Below, in pieces: positions 1 to 9,544 of a stretch of 64,000 nucleotides of DNA. Numbering within the stretch: the stretch's first letter is position 1; each line of letters opens with the position of its first letter. The notes beneath the pieces are model-generated. The model saw only the letters and a list, made by a program, of their open reading frames with translations. It ran no database searches and was not told the origin of the DNA. The DNA is from Bdellovibrio sp. (lineage in GTDB: Bacteria > Bdellovibrionota > Bdellovibrionia > Bdellovibrionales > Bdellovibrionaceae): assembly GCA_036676395.1 (NCBI GenBank), contig JAKFCY010000002.1:576001-640000 (forward strand), read 5' to 3'. The translations under genes and the position numbers were made by a program.

Positions 1-13
1 TGCCAACGATGCA

Positions 14-1129
14 CTAAACCTGCGGAAGTGGTTTAAACATCTCTTTAAGTTCGGGAATCTGCATCGGCACTTTTTCTAAAGCACTGATCCAGGTTTCTGG
101 GGTTTCCATACAGAAAAATGCATTCCATTTTTCACTTTTAGATTTCAAACGTTTGAATACGAAAGATAACATTTCACCACGCAAAGTCGCATCATATCTT
201 AACTTGTTTCCTTCAGACGGAAACATCTCTGCACCCACAACTAAAGACTGCACCCCAAAACGATCGCGCATCATATGGCGTTGTTCAGGCTGGTAGCGTA
301 AAGTGCCAATTGAAATGATTTGCACTTCTTCAGGCGTAAATGTCGAAGTGATTTCATCAACCAGAAAACCGTAGTTTTCTTTCCATTTAGGGTGATAGAT
401 CATCGGATCAATATGAAAAGCTAATTTGTAACCTTGATCACGGCATTTTTTTGCCGCTTCAATGCGTTCATGAAAACGGGCGGTGCCGTGCTCTTCGCGA
501 TCAATAATGTATGGCGGATTAATCGACCAGCTTACGGTGATATTATTAGCACCAGGAATATCAATAAATTGATCTACTTTGTTTGATTTAGTTTTAAATT
601 CTAAAACCCATTTCGGGTAAGGTTTAAAAAACTCAATCAGCTTACGCGAATACAAAGTAATTTCATCTAGACTTAATGAATCAATAATTTCGCCCGTGCC
701 CACACGAAACGGGTGGTTTGGAAATTCATTAATCATCGCTTTTAATTCTTCTAACGCCTGATCAATATTAGTGTAGATTAAAGACATCTTGGTATTTAAA
801 TAACTTTGTAAATAACAGTAGCTGCAATTCATATTGCACTGACTACCTAAATTTAAAACATGGTAATTACAGCAAGTTAAAGTTTTCTTCTGCGTAGCAC
901 CCGGACAGCGTTTAAAAAACTGCCCCTTGAATTCAGTCAAAAGTAAGGTCTGCTTAGATAAGTTAAATTCTTCAGCCGTCATCGGGCCACGCTGAGCCGC
1001 TAAAAACCCTTCTTCGACCGTTTCGATGATTTCAGCAGGGTATAATGAACGCACACGTGCAGCGACTTCAGAATTTTCTGAACAACGATCGATGTAGATC
1101 TTTTTAAAAACAGGAAGCGAGCTATTCAC
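14..1129 (-). CDS. Spore photoproduct lyase (SplB)-like radical SAM protein
   Basis: CxxxCxxC (CNMNCSYC) followed by YLQ; GTGE..DSL, EFKTKS and SWSINP segments typical of the SPL family. Confidence 0.8.
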   Translation of the reverse strand: MNSSLPVFKKIYIDRCSENSEVAARVRSLYPAEIIETVEEGFLAAQRGPMTAEEFNLSKQTLLLTEFKGQFFKRCPGATQKKTLTCCNYHVLNLGSQCNMNCSYCYLQSYLNTKMSLIYTNIDQALEELKAMINEFPNHPFRVGTGEIIDSLSLDEITLYSRKLIEFFKPYPKWVLEFKTKSNKVDQFIDIPGANNITVSWSINPPYIIDREEHGTARFHERIEAAKKCRDQGYKLAFHIDPMIYHPKWKENYGFLVDEITSTFTPEEVQIISIGTLRYQPEQRHMMRDRFGVQSLVVGAEMFPSEGNKLRYDATLRGEMLSFVFKRLKSKSEKWNAFFCMETPETWISALEKVPMQIPELKEMFKPLPQV

Positions 1130-1625
1130 TGATTTGCTCCTTCACACGTTCTAAAGAAGAAATCGCTTTAATTAAATCAGCTTCTGAAGTGATAAACATT
1201 TTTAATTCGATACCAGCACGATCACCGCGACGTTCAAATTTAGTTTTTGAACCGTACGGCCACGGAAGTTTTTCTAATTTATCTTTTAACTGATCATCAC
1301 GCTGAGTAGTTGCTGGATATCTTAAAGCACGTAAGTGCGCAGACCATTTTGCAAAGTCATGTGATTGTTCAAATAATGTTTCTTGATGACCCATTAAAAT
1401 TAGATCGCTGATCAATTCTAAATTTTTTAAAGAATCTGTGTACGAGGTGCGTGCTTCGATTAATTGCAGCAAAGCTTTAAATAACAATTGCCATTGCAGA
1501 TCAGTTTTTAGGGGAGATAAAAACACTAGGTCTGCGCCTTTTACTTTTTTGGCTTCAATCCACGGTTCAACTGTGGCTGAAAACCCCAATTCTTTGGCTT
1601 TATGTAAAAATTGTTCTATACCCAT
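1122..1625 (-). CDS. Hypothetical protein, coupled to the SplB-like gene
   Basis: 167-aa ATG ORF overlapping the start of the radical SAM gene by 8 nt. Confidence 0.7.
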   Translation of the reverse strand: MGIEQFLHKAKELGFSATVEPWIEAKKVKGADLVFLSPLKTDLQWQLLFKALLQLIEARTSYTDSLKNLELISDLILMGHQETLFEQSHDFAKWSAHLRALRYPATTQRDDQLKDKLEKLPWPYGSKTKFERRGDRAGIELKMFITSEADLIKAISSLERVKEQISE

Positions 1626-1715
1626 GGTCTAGGTGCTAAATCATTTTCGGATTTTTGGCAATAAAGCCTTAAATCTACCCGAAAGATATTTTATACTGTT
1701 CACGAGGTGTTTTGA

Positions 1716-2792
1716 GTGAAAACCTGGAAAAATACGGCAGAAATCAACTTAGATGTGGTTTATTTCAACTACAGGCAAGGCTATGATTTTTCTCAGCATC
1801 AAGAAATTTATGTATGGGATCTGGATAAGACCTACTTAGATACCTCAATTGACTCTTTAAAAGGCCTTTTTAGAACTATTTTCGAAAAGTCGATGACTAA
1901 AAAAAATGTTCCCGGCGCTTCTGAATTACTAAAAAGTATCGCCCGCACCCGCAAAAAGCATTTCACTGAATCAGATTTTCCACTGTTTTTCGTATCTGCT
2001 TCGCCACCGCAGATGGAATCTAAAATCGCCGAGAAGTTCGCGCTTGATGAGATCGCGCCATTGGGAATGTTTTATAAAGATAACTTACGTAATTTAGCGC
2101 CATCGCGCTTATTATTTTTAAAAAAACAAATCGGTTACAAGCTTCAGGCTTTAATGCAGCTTCGTTGTCATTTAAACAACGACGTGCGCATGATTTGTTT
2201 TGGTGATGACTCAGAATCAGATGCGATCATTTATAATTTATTTTCAGATGTTTGTGCCAGACGTTACACACCACTTCACTTAGAAGAACTATTGCAAGAT
2301 CTTGGAATCACGCGTGCGCAGATCGACGAGATTTTAAAATTACAGTCGCTAGTGCCGATTCAAGATCCCGTAGAAAAAATTTATATCAATTTAGCAACCG
2401 ATACTGATCCTGATTATTACAATAAATTCGGACGCAGAACGCTAGCGACTTACGACACTTTTCAAGTGGCATTAGATCTGGTGCAAGATCAGCGTTTGTC
2501 TTTAGAAGAACTAGGTACAGTGATGTACAACCTAGAGAGTAAATACAGTTACTCAAACACCCAGTTAGTAAAAGGTTTTGAAGATTTAATTCGCCGTCGG
2601 GTGATCGGTTTATCGTCGTTTGAAATGATCAAGAATTATCTCATCGAAAAAAAGAAAGTCTCTTTATCGTGGGCACCAAAGTTTGAACCACTTAAAGAAA
2701 AGATCGTGCAAAACGGTCACGTGTATCAGTTAGATGGTCTTTTTGAACCTTGGGTAAAAACCAACGTTAATTATCTTAACGATTTTTTTTAA
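1716..2792 (+). CDS. HAD-superfamily phosphatase, App1/DUF2183-like
   Basis: WDLDKT (DxDxT motif I), VSASP, GDDSESD; GAGGTG RBS before GTG start. Confidence 0.7.
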   Translation: MKTWKNTAEINLDVVYFNYRQGYDFSQHQEIYVWDLDKTYLDTSIDSLKGLFRTIFEKSMTKKNVPGASELLKSIARTRKKHFTESDFPLFFVSASPPQMESKIAEKFALDEIAPLGMFYKDNLRNLAPSRLLFLKKQIGYKLQALMQLRCHLNNDVRMICFGDDSESDAIIYNLFSDVCARRYTPLHLEELLQDLGITRAQIDEILKLQSLVPIQDPVEKIYINLATDTDPDYYNKFGRRTLATYDTFQVALDLVQDQRLSLEELGTVMYNLESKYSYSNTQLVKGFEDLIRRRVIGLSSFEMIKNYLIEKKKVSLSWAPKFEPLKEKIVQNGHVYQLDGLFEPWVKTNVNYLNDFF

Positions 2793-2813
2793 GTGCGAAG
2801 CACTTACAATTAA

Positions 2814-3602
2814 TCAGTCAAATTTAAGAGGAAAAACCGTCGTAATCGACGCTCCAGAAAATTTCGGAAACACCGTGCGCGCTACAACTTCAGATAAACA
2901 GGCTTTAAAAGATTTATCCTGAATATCCGAGCGGTTGATATCAACTTTCGTCACTTTGCCAATCGGTGAAATTTCAAATGAAATTAAAACTTGCCCGTGC
3001 GCTTGTTCTGTTTTTTGAATCAGCTGGCCATAACATCTGAAAAAATCTGATTTTTTTGAAGCTAAAATTTCTTCAATTTTAGATTGCGGTAAAACATCTT
3101 CGGGTTGAGCTGTTTTCATACCTTTTTGGCGCAACGATTCGGCATTTTTTTCATTTGATAAGGCGTAATCCATCGCGGTCAGTTGCCGACCTTCTTTACG
3201 TACCCAGAATGAAGGCTCTTTACCAAAGCGCTCGATAAACACATCACCTGAACGAACTGTGACAAGAGTTGTTTTATCATCGGTTTGTTCAACTAAGATT
3301 TCTGAATTTTCTAAAACGCGAACTTCGCCGCCAGTGATGGTAAAAGTGATGAGCACATCTGAAAGTGGAGCGGTCTTAATTAAATCAAGGTGACGAATTT
3401 TTAAACCCTTTTTTGCCGGGATGTCGTCGTACTGATCTAATCCGCGGGTGATGACACCCGTTGGATTATCAGAATTAATTTCTGTGATTTTGGCTAATTC
3501 TTTAGAGGCTAATAGATCAAGGCTTCGAGTCGGAATAATAACCGAAACCAAAATTAAAATTACTCCAATAATGATGAGACCGATGACAACTCGGTTTTTC
3601 AT
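2814..3602 (-). CDS. Membrane-anchored protein with AgmX/PglI-like (TonB-C-like) C-terminal domain
   Basis: N-terminal TM helix; C-terminal FFRCY...GQVLISFEISPIG.V...FKACL...FPKF...FPLKF pattern. Confidence 0.65.
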   Translation of the reverse strand: MKNRVVIGLIIIGVILILVSVIIPTRSLDLLASKELAKITEINSDNPTGVITRGLDQYDDIPAKKGLKIRHLDLIKTAPLSDVLITFTITGGEVRVLENSEILVEQTDDKTTLVTVRSGDVFIERFGKEPSFWVRKEGRQLTAMDYALSNEKNAESLRQKGMKTAQPEDVLPQSKIEEILASKKSDFFRCYGQLIQKTEQAHGQVLISFEISPIGKVTKVDINRSDIQDKSFKACLSEVVARTVFPKFSGASITTVFPLKFD

Positions 3603-3616
3603 GAGTCTAAATGCAA

Positions 3617-3961
3617 CTATTTAGTAGGTGCAGAAACTGCTGCAGCTGGAACTTCAGTTGTCGCAGAGGCTGGTAAAGCAGCTGCTGCGTTGGCTTCAGG
3701 CATTGAAGGAACTACTGAATCAACGACCGAACTTTGAGTGCGTGAAGATAACATCGCAAGACTGATACAAGTCACAACTAAGATACCAGAAACGATTTTA
3801 GTCATTGTAGAAGCCAATGTTGTAGCTCCGGTTGCGCCTAATACTGAAGTTGAAGAGCTAGATGCTGTAAATACGCCGCCACCTTTAGAATCTTGCACTA
3901 AAACTAAACCGATTAGGGCTAAACAAGATAGAATGTGAACTGTAGCTAAAAATGTGATCAT
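3617..3961 (-). CDS. secG: Preprotein translocase subunit SecG
   Basis: Two TM helices with LVLVQDSKGGG and LASTMTKI; GGAG RBS. Confidence 0.85.
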   Translation of the reverse strand: MITFLATVHILSCLALIGLVLVQDSKGGGVFTASSSSTSVLGATGATTLASTMTKIVSGILVVTCISLAMLSSRTQSSVVDSVVPSMPEANAAAALPASATTEVPAAAVSAPTK

Positions 3962-4095
3962 GGCAGGGCTCCTTCAAAATTATCAGTCGAACAAACCGAT
4001 AACTTATCTAATCCCCATAATTCAGTCCAGCAAGGGTTCATTTTACGCGGCGTTTAAAGGTGACAAAACCCCGTGTTTGGAGCATATCTAAGTGG

Positions 4096-4731
4096 ATGTT
4101 TTTTGTGGTCTTTGAAGGTTTAGATGGTTCGGGTAAATCCTCTTTAATGAAGAGGCTTGAAAACCATTTAAAAAACCTGGGCAAAGATCTGATCATGACC
4201 CGCGAACCTGGCGGCACCACAGTTGGTGATGAAATCCGTGAAATCATTTTAAAAAAACAAGCAGAGCCTCCTTCTGCACGCACAGAATTACTTTTATACC
4301 AAGCCAGCCGCGCTCAACATGTTGATTTAGTGATTCGTCCGGCGTTAGCGCAAAACAAATGGGTGTTGTGTGATCGTTTCTCTGCAAGCTCGATTGCTTT
4401 TCAAGGCGGTGGTCGTGGAATCTCTTTAGACCAAGTTGAATGGCTAAATAATTTTGCCACAAATTTACTAAAACCGCATTTAACGGTATTATTAGATTTA
4501 TCCGTGGATGAATCTAAAAAACGCAGATCAAATCGTGAAAGCTTAACGGCCGTTGCAGAAGACCGCATCGAAGCTGAAGCTGATTCTTTTCATGAAAAAG
4601 TTCGCAAAGGATTTTTAGATCAAGCCAAAGCTGACCCCAAAAATTGGTTAGTGTTAAATGCCGCCCACACGCCTGAAGAATTATATCAACAATTAGTTAA
4701 AGATTTAACGGAGCGCCAATGGCTTCGTTAA
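4096..4731 (+). CDS. tmk: Thymidylate kinase
   Basis: FEGLDGSGKS P-loop, TREPGG, CDRF; ATG at 4096 preferred over the ORF-track start at 4060. Confidence 0.95.
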   Translation: MFFVVFEGLDGSGKSSLMKRLENHLKNLGKDLIMTREPGGTTVGDEIREIILKKQAEPPSARTELLLYQASRAQHVDLVIRPALAQNKWVLCDRFSASSIAFQGGGRGISLDQVEWLNNFATNLLKPHLTVLLDLSVDESKKRRSNRESLTAVAEDRIEAEADSFHEKVRKGFLDQAKADPKNWLVLNAAHTPEELYQQLVKDLTERQWLR

Positions 4732-5672
4732 TTTCTCAGGTTGTAGGCCATGAAGAACAAAAATACATGTTACAGGCAGCGATTGAAAATCAATCTTTGC
4801 CCCATGCGATGGTTTTCTCTGGGCCTTCGGGAATTGGCAAAACCAAATTAGCTATGGCGATCGCACAAAACTTAGTGTGCGAAGAGCCAGTGCAAAAAAA
4901 AGCCTGCGGTCATTGCGGTGCCTGTGTTCGTGTTGAAAAAAACCAATCTGAAAGTTTACGCCTGGTAGCCCCGCAAGGTTTGCACATTAAGATCGATCAG
5001 ATTCGTGATATTTTATCTTATTTATCATTAGCCAGTGACGGACAAAAACGTGTGGTGATTATCGATCAGGCGAACACCATGAACGCGCAAGCTTCTAATT
5101 CATTATTAAAAACTTTAGAAGAACCACCACCAGATGTTTATTTTATTTTAGCGACAACAGATGTGCGTTTGTTAATGCCAACGATTCGTTCGCGTTCGCA
5201 AATTATTGCCTTTAAAGCGTTAAGCTTAGATAACTTACACCAAATTAATCCAGGCCTTTCTTCATGGATGTATAAATCAGCACGTGGGCAGGCAGGAAAG
5301 CTTGCCGATTTTTCTGCCGGTGAATCACTCGAGCGCAGAAATTCTGATTTAGGATTTTATGAACATTTTTGGTCTAACAAAAATTTTATTTTAGAAACCC
5401 AGATTAAAGAGTATGCCAAAGACCGCGCCGCTGCTTCTGCAGTGTTAAAAAACTGGTTTATCTTTACCCGCGATATGATCGTGTTGGCGCAAGGTGCGCG
5501 TGATCAGGTGTTGAACTCAGATCAAATCACGACTCTAATTAAATTAGATTTTATTCCAACACAAAAACTTTACGATTTTTCATCGGCGTTAATACAAGCT
5601 ATTCAAGATATCGATAAATTAGATATGACTTTGTTATTCGAATCACTGTGGGTGAAACATGCAAGAGACTAA
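4719..5672 (+). CDS. holB: DNA polymerase III delta' subunit
   Basis: GPSGIGKT, C..CGHCGAC zinc motif, NSLLKTLEEPP, TIRSRS; tmk-holB-tatD synteny. Confidence 0.92.
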   Translation: MASLISQVVGHEEQKYMLQAAIENQSLPHAMVFSGPSGIGKTKLAMAIAQNLVCEEPVQKKACGHCGACVRVEKNQSESLRLVAPQGLHIKIDQIRDILSYLSLASDGQKRVVIIDQANTMNAQASNSLLKTLEEPPPDVYFILATTDVRLLMPTIRSRSQIIAFKALSLDNLHQINPGLSSWMYKSARGQAGKLADFSAGESLERRNSDLGFYEHFWSNKNFILETQIKEYAKDRAAASAVLKNWFIFTRDMIVLAQGARDQVLNSDQITTLIKLDFIPTQKLYDFSSALIQAIQDIDKLDMTLLFESLWVKHARD

Positions 5673-6453
5673 TACAACTCCTGTTGAATGGATTGATATT
5701 CATACTCACTTAGATCGCTTAGAAGGCGGCGCTGAGTTCGCATTAAAACTAGCGAAAGAAAATGGCGTAACAAAATTAATTACGATTGGCACCGAGCCTG
5801 AAGATCTGCCGATTGTTTTAGAATTAGCGCAAAAGTATTATCCGGCTGTGTATTGCACCATCGGCGTTCATCCGCACGAAGGCACTAAATACACTGCAGA
5901 AGTGGGTAAATATTTACGCGACAATGCCCACAGACCTGAAGTCGTCGCGATTGGTGAGATTGGTTTAGATTATTACTACAACCAATCTCCTAAAGAAGAA
6001 CAAATTTATGCCTTTCGTGAGCAATTAAAAATCGCGCAAGATATGGGATTACCTGTTGAAATCCATACTCGCGATGCCGAAGCAGACACTATCGAAATTC
6101 TTAAAGAATTTTACGGCAAAGTAAATGGTGTGATTCATTGTTTTACCGGAACTGAGTGGTTAGCACGCGAAGCTCTGGCTTTGGGATTTAATATTTCAAT
6201 CTCAGGTGTTGTTACTTTTAAAAATGCGGATTCATTACGTGCCATTGTACGCGATGTGGTTCCGTTAGATCGTCTGCATGTTGAAACAGATGCGCCGTTT
6301 TTAGCGCCTGTACCAATGCGTGGCAGACCAAATACCTCGGCTTATGTTGTTCACACGGCAAAGCTTGTGGCTGAATTAAAAAATATTTCTGTGGAAGAGC
6401 TAGCAAAAATCACCACAGAAAATGCTAAAAAATTATTTAAAAAATTAAAATAG
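5659..6453 (+). CDS. tatD: TatD family DNase
   Basis: DIHTH, GVHPH, GEIGLDY, HTR, HCF, ETDAP. Confidence 0.92.
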   Translation: MQETNTTPVEWIDIHTHLDRLEGGAEFALKLAKENGVTKLITIGTEPEDLPIVLELAQKYYPAVYCTIGVHPHEGTKYTAEVGKYLRDNAHRPEVVAIGEIGLDYYYNQSPKEEQIYAFREQLKIAQDMGLPVEIHTRDAEADTIEILKEFYGKVNGVIHCFTGTEWLAREALALGFNISISGVVTFKNADSLRAIVRDVVPLDRLHVETDAPFLAPVPMRGRPNTSAYVVHTAKLVAELKNISVEELAKITTENAKKLFKKLK

Positions 6454-6462
6454 GAGAGACAA

Positions 6463-7470
6463 ATGTCTAAAGTAAAAGTTGGAATTAATGGTTTTGGTCG
6501 TATCGGTCGCGTATTTTTCAGAGCGGCTTTTGATAAAGTGGATATCGCAGGTATTAATTCATTAGATGATTTAGAAGGAATTGTTCACTTATTAAAATAT
6601 GATTCATCTCACGGTATTTTTGATGCTGAAGTGTCTCATGATAATGAGTGTTTAATCGTCAACGGTAAAAAAATTCCGGTTTCTAAAACTAAAGACCCAG
6701 CACAAATTCCTTGGAAAGCTTGGGGCGTAGATTTAGTTATGGAATGTACTGGTGCTCTTAAAGGTAAAGAAGATTACCAAAAGCACATCACAGCCGGAGC
6801 TAAAAAAGTAATGATCTCTGCTCCTGCAGATGGCGTAGATATGACGGTAGTTTACGGTATCAATCATAAAGATTACGATGCTTCTAAACACACATTCATT
6901 TCAAATGCATCTTGCACGACAAACTGCTTAGCGCCGTTAGCAAAAGTTTTAGATGAAGCTTTTGGTATCGAATCAGGCACGATGATGACAATCCACTCGT
7001 ATACAAACGATCAACGCATTTTAGATTCATCGCACAGTGATTTACGCCGTGCTCGTTCAGCAGCGGTATCAATGATTCCTACAACTACAGGCGCAGCCAA
7101 AGCTGTAGGTTTAGTTTTACCAAACTTAAAAGGTAAAATCGATGGTATGTCTATGCGTGTACCAACTCCGAATGTTTCGGTTGTTGATTTCACTTTCAAC
7201 GCAAAAACTGCAATGTCAGTTGATGCCATCAACAACGCTCTTAGAAAAGCCGCAGCTGGTGATATGAAAGGTGTTTTAGCAGTTGAAGAAAAACCTTTAG
7301 TTAGCATTGATTTCAATGGCAACACTCACTCTTCAATCGTAGATGCTAAAACAACTATGGTTATCGCAGGCAGTGGCAACAAATTAGCTAAAGTTCTTTC
7401 TTGGTACGATAACGAAGTAGGCTTTTCAAACCGCATGGTTGATATGGCTATTTACATGATGTCGAAATAA
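6463..7470 (+). CDS. gap: Glyceraldehyde-3-phosphate dehydrogenase
   Basis: GINGFGRIGR, ASCTTNCLAP, SWYDNE. Confidence 0.98.
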   Translation: MSKVKVGINGFGRIGRVFFRAAFDKVDIAGINSLDDLEGIVHLLKYDSSHGIFDAEVSHDNECLIVNGKKIPVSKTKDPAQIPWKAWGVDLVMECTGALKGKEDYQKHITAGAKKVMISAPADGVDMTVVYGINHKDYDASKHTFISNASCTTNCLAPLAKVLDEAFGIESGTMMTIHSYTNDQRILDSSHSDLRRARSAAVSMIPTTTGAAKAVGLVLPNLKGKIDGMSMRVPTPNVSVVDFTFNAKTAMSVDAINNALRKAAAGDMKGVLAVEEKPLVSIDFNGNTHSSIVDAKTTMVIAGSGNKLAKVLSWYDNEVGFSNRMVDMAIYMMSK

Positions 7471-7496
7471 TCGCTTAAGAAAAAGGAATGTGATAG

Positions 7497-8720
7497 ATGG
7501 CTTCTCAAGGTTTAAAAGGGATTAAAACAATCCGTGATTTCGAATTAGCAGGTCAGACGGTATTTTTGCGTCTGGATCTTAATGTACCGATGGATAAAGC
7601 AGGTAAAATCACAGACGAAAATCGTCTTCGAGCTGCACTTCCTACAATTAATTATGCTTTAGAAAAAGGCGCTAAGTTAGTTATCGCTTCTCACTTAGGT
7701 CGTCCAAAATCAAAAGACGACAGACAGTATTCAATGGAGCCTGTGGCTAAACGCTTAGGCGAACTATTGGATGTCGAAGTAGTTTTAATGGACGAGCCAG
7801 ATTCAGAAGGCGTAAAGCATTTTTTATCTGCGCCGATGAAAAAACAAATCATCTGTTTAGAAAATTTACGTTTTGACGAGCGTGAGACAGAAAATAAAAA
7901 TGAACTTGCTGTTCAATGGGCGTCATACACTGACATCTATATTAATGATGCCTTCGGGGCTTCACACCGTGCGCACGCAAGTATTCATGCTTTTCCTGAA
8001 ATCATGCAGAAAAAAGGCATTGGTCTTTTAATCGAAAAAGAAATCAAAATGTTAGACGGTTTATTTGAAAATCCCAAAAAACCTTACATCGCTGTTCTTG
8101 GTGGTGCAAAAGTGTCTGATAAAATTCCGGTGATCGAAAAATTAATGAATATCGTTGATGGTTTTGTGATCGGTGGAGCTATGGCTTACACGTTCTTAAA
8201 AGCCCAAGGCATTCCAGTCGGTAAATCACTAGTTGAAGCCGATAAAGTCAAATACGCTAAAGAGATGATCCAGCGTATGGAAGCTCGTGGTAAAACTATG
8301 TTATTACCCGTAGATCACGTAACGACGACAAGTTTCGGCGATACCAATAATATTAAAGTGACGACAACAGCTGAAATTGATGAAGACCGCATGGCTTTAG
8401 ATATCGGGCCACAAACTATCAGAAATTACCGTGCTTGTTTAGAAAAAGCTCAAACCGTTTTCTGGAATGGTCCGATGGGCGTTTTTGAAACTCCGGCTTT
8501 TGCTAAAGGCAGTTTTGCTGTAGCTGAAGTATTAGCAGCTAACCCAGGCCTAATTATTGTAGGCGGCGGGGATTCAGCAGCGGCAGCAGAAGCTTCGGGT
8601 TTTGCTGACAAAATGAGTCACATCTCTACAGGTGGCGGGGCAAGTTTGGAATACCTTCAAGGCGAAAGACTTCCTGGTTTAGAAGTGTTGCGTCCGCGCA
8701 AACAATCTGAGGTAATGTAG
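7497..8720 (+). CDS. pgk: Phosphoglycerate kinase
   Basis: RLDLNVP, SHLGRP, LGGAKVSDK, STGGGASL. Confidence 0.98.
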   Translation: MASQGLKGIKTIRDFELAGQTVFLRLDLNVPMDKAGKITDENRLRAALPTINYALEKGAKLVIASHLGRPKSKDDRQYSMEPVAKRLGELLDVEVVLMDEPDSEGVKHFLSAPMKKQIICLENLRFDERETENKNELAVQWASYTDIYINDAFGASHRAHASIHAFPEIMQKKGIGLLIEKEIKMLDGLFENPKKPYIAVLGGAKVSDKIPVIEKLMNIVDGFVIGGAMAYTFLKAQGIPVGKSLVEADKVKYAKEMIQRMEARGKTMLLPVDHVTTTSFGDTNNIKVTTTAEIDEDRMALDIGPQTIRNYRACLEKAQTVFWNGPMGVFETPAFAKGSFAVAEVLAANPGLIIVGGGDSAAAAEASGFADKMSHISTGGGASLEYLQGERLPGLEVLRPRKQSEVM

Positions 8721-8724
8721 TTAT

Positions 8725-9465
8725 ATGAAAAAGATTTTTGCGGCTAACTGGAAATTACAAAAAACACCTGCGCAAGCTAAAGAGTTTTGTGAAACTTTTC
8801 GCGCACAACTTGTGGCTCATACTTATTTTTGGGATCACAAAGAGGTTTTCATTTTTCCGCAAAACTTTTCTTTAAATACCGTAATTGCTGCGACCAAAGA
8901 TACTCCGGTGTTTGCAGGTCCACAAAATATTCATACTGAAAAATCTGGCGCATTCACTGGTGAAAATTCAGCAGCGTTTGCTAAAGACATGGGAGCAAAA
9001 ACTATTTTATTGGGGCACAGCGAACGTCGTCAGTATTTTGCTGAAACTCACGAAGCCTTAAATAAAAAAGTAAAACTTTGCCAAGAGTTAGATTTACTTC
9101 CGGTGTTTTGTATCGGCGAAACTTTAGCCCAGCGTGAAGCGGGTGAAACAGAAAAAATTTGTTTCGAACAAATCACCAAAGCGTTGGCGGGTATTGATCA
9201 ATCAAAACGCATCATCGTAGCTTACGAACCAGTCTGGGCCATCGGTACGGGTAAAGTGGCGACTGTGGCACAAGTTAAAGAAATTCACGAAAAGCTATAT
9301 CATAAAATGGCTGACCTTAATTTTACAAATTTTCAGTTATTATACGGCGGCAGTGTTAAGCCAGATAATGCCCAAGAGCTTTTGCAAGTTCCGCATGTTG
9401 ATGGTTTTCTAATTGGTGGTGCAGCCCTTGAAGTCGATAGCTTCATGAAAATTTGCTCGCACTAA
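8725..9465 (+). CDS. tpiA: Triosephosphate isomerase
   Basis: ANWK, GHSERR, AYEPVWAIGTG, YGGSV. Confidence 0.98.
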   Translation: MKKIFAANWKLQKTPAQAKEFCETFRAQLVAHTYFWDHKEVFIFPQNFSLNTVIAATKDTPVFAGPQNIHTEKSGAFTGENSAAFAKDMGAKTILLGHSERRQYFAETHEALNKKVKLCQELDLLPVFCIGETLAQREAGETEKICFEQITKALAGIDQSKRIIVAYEPVWAIGTGKVATVAQVKEIHEKLYHKMADLNFTNFQLLYGGSVKPDNAQELLQVPHVDGFLIGGAALEVDSFMKICSH

Positions 9466-9544
9466 GTCCTGAAAAAACCAGACCATAGTACAACTTTGTG
9501 TCTCAGAATTAAACTTTTTCTCATATTGTGACGTTAAGTAAACT

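Noticed and set aside
3962..4095. tRNA next to secG or sigma28 promoter (ACCGATAA)
   Set aside because: No cloverleaf or TTC-loop signature; no properly spaced -35 element
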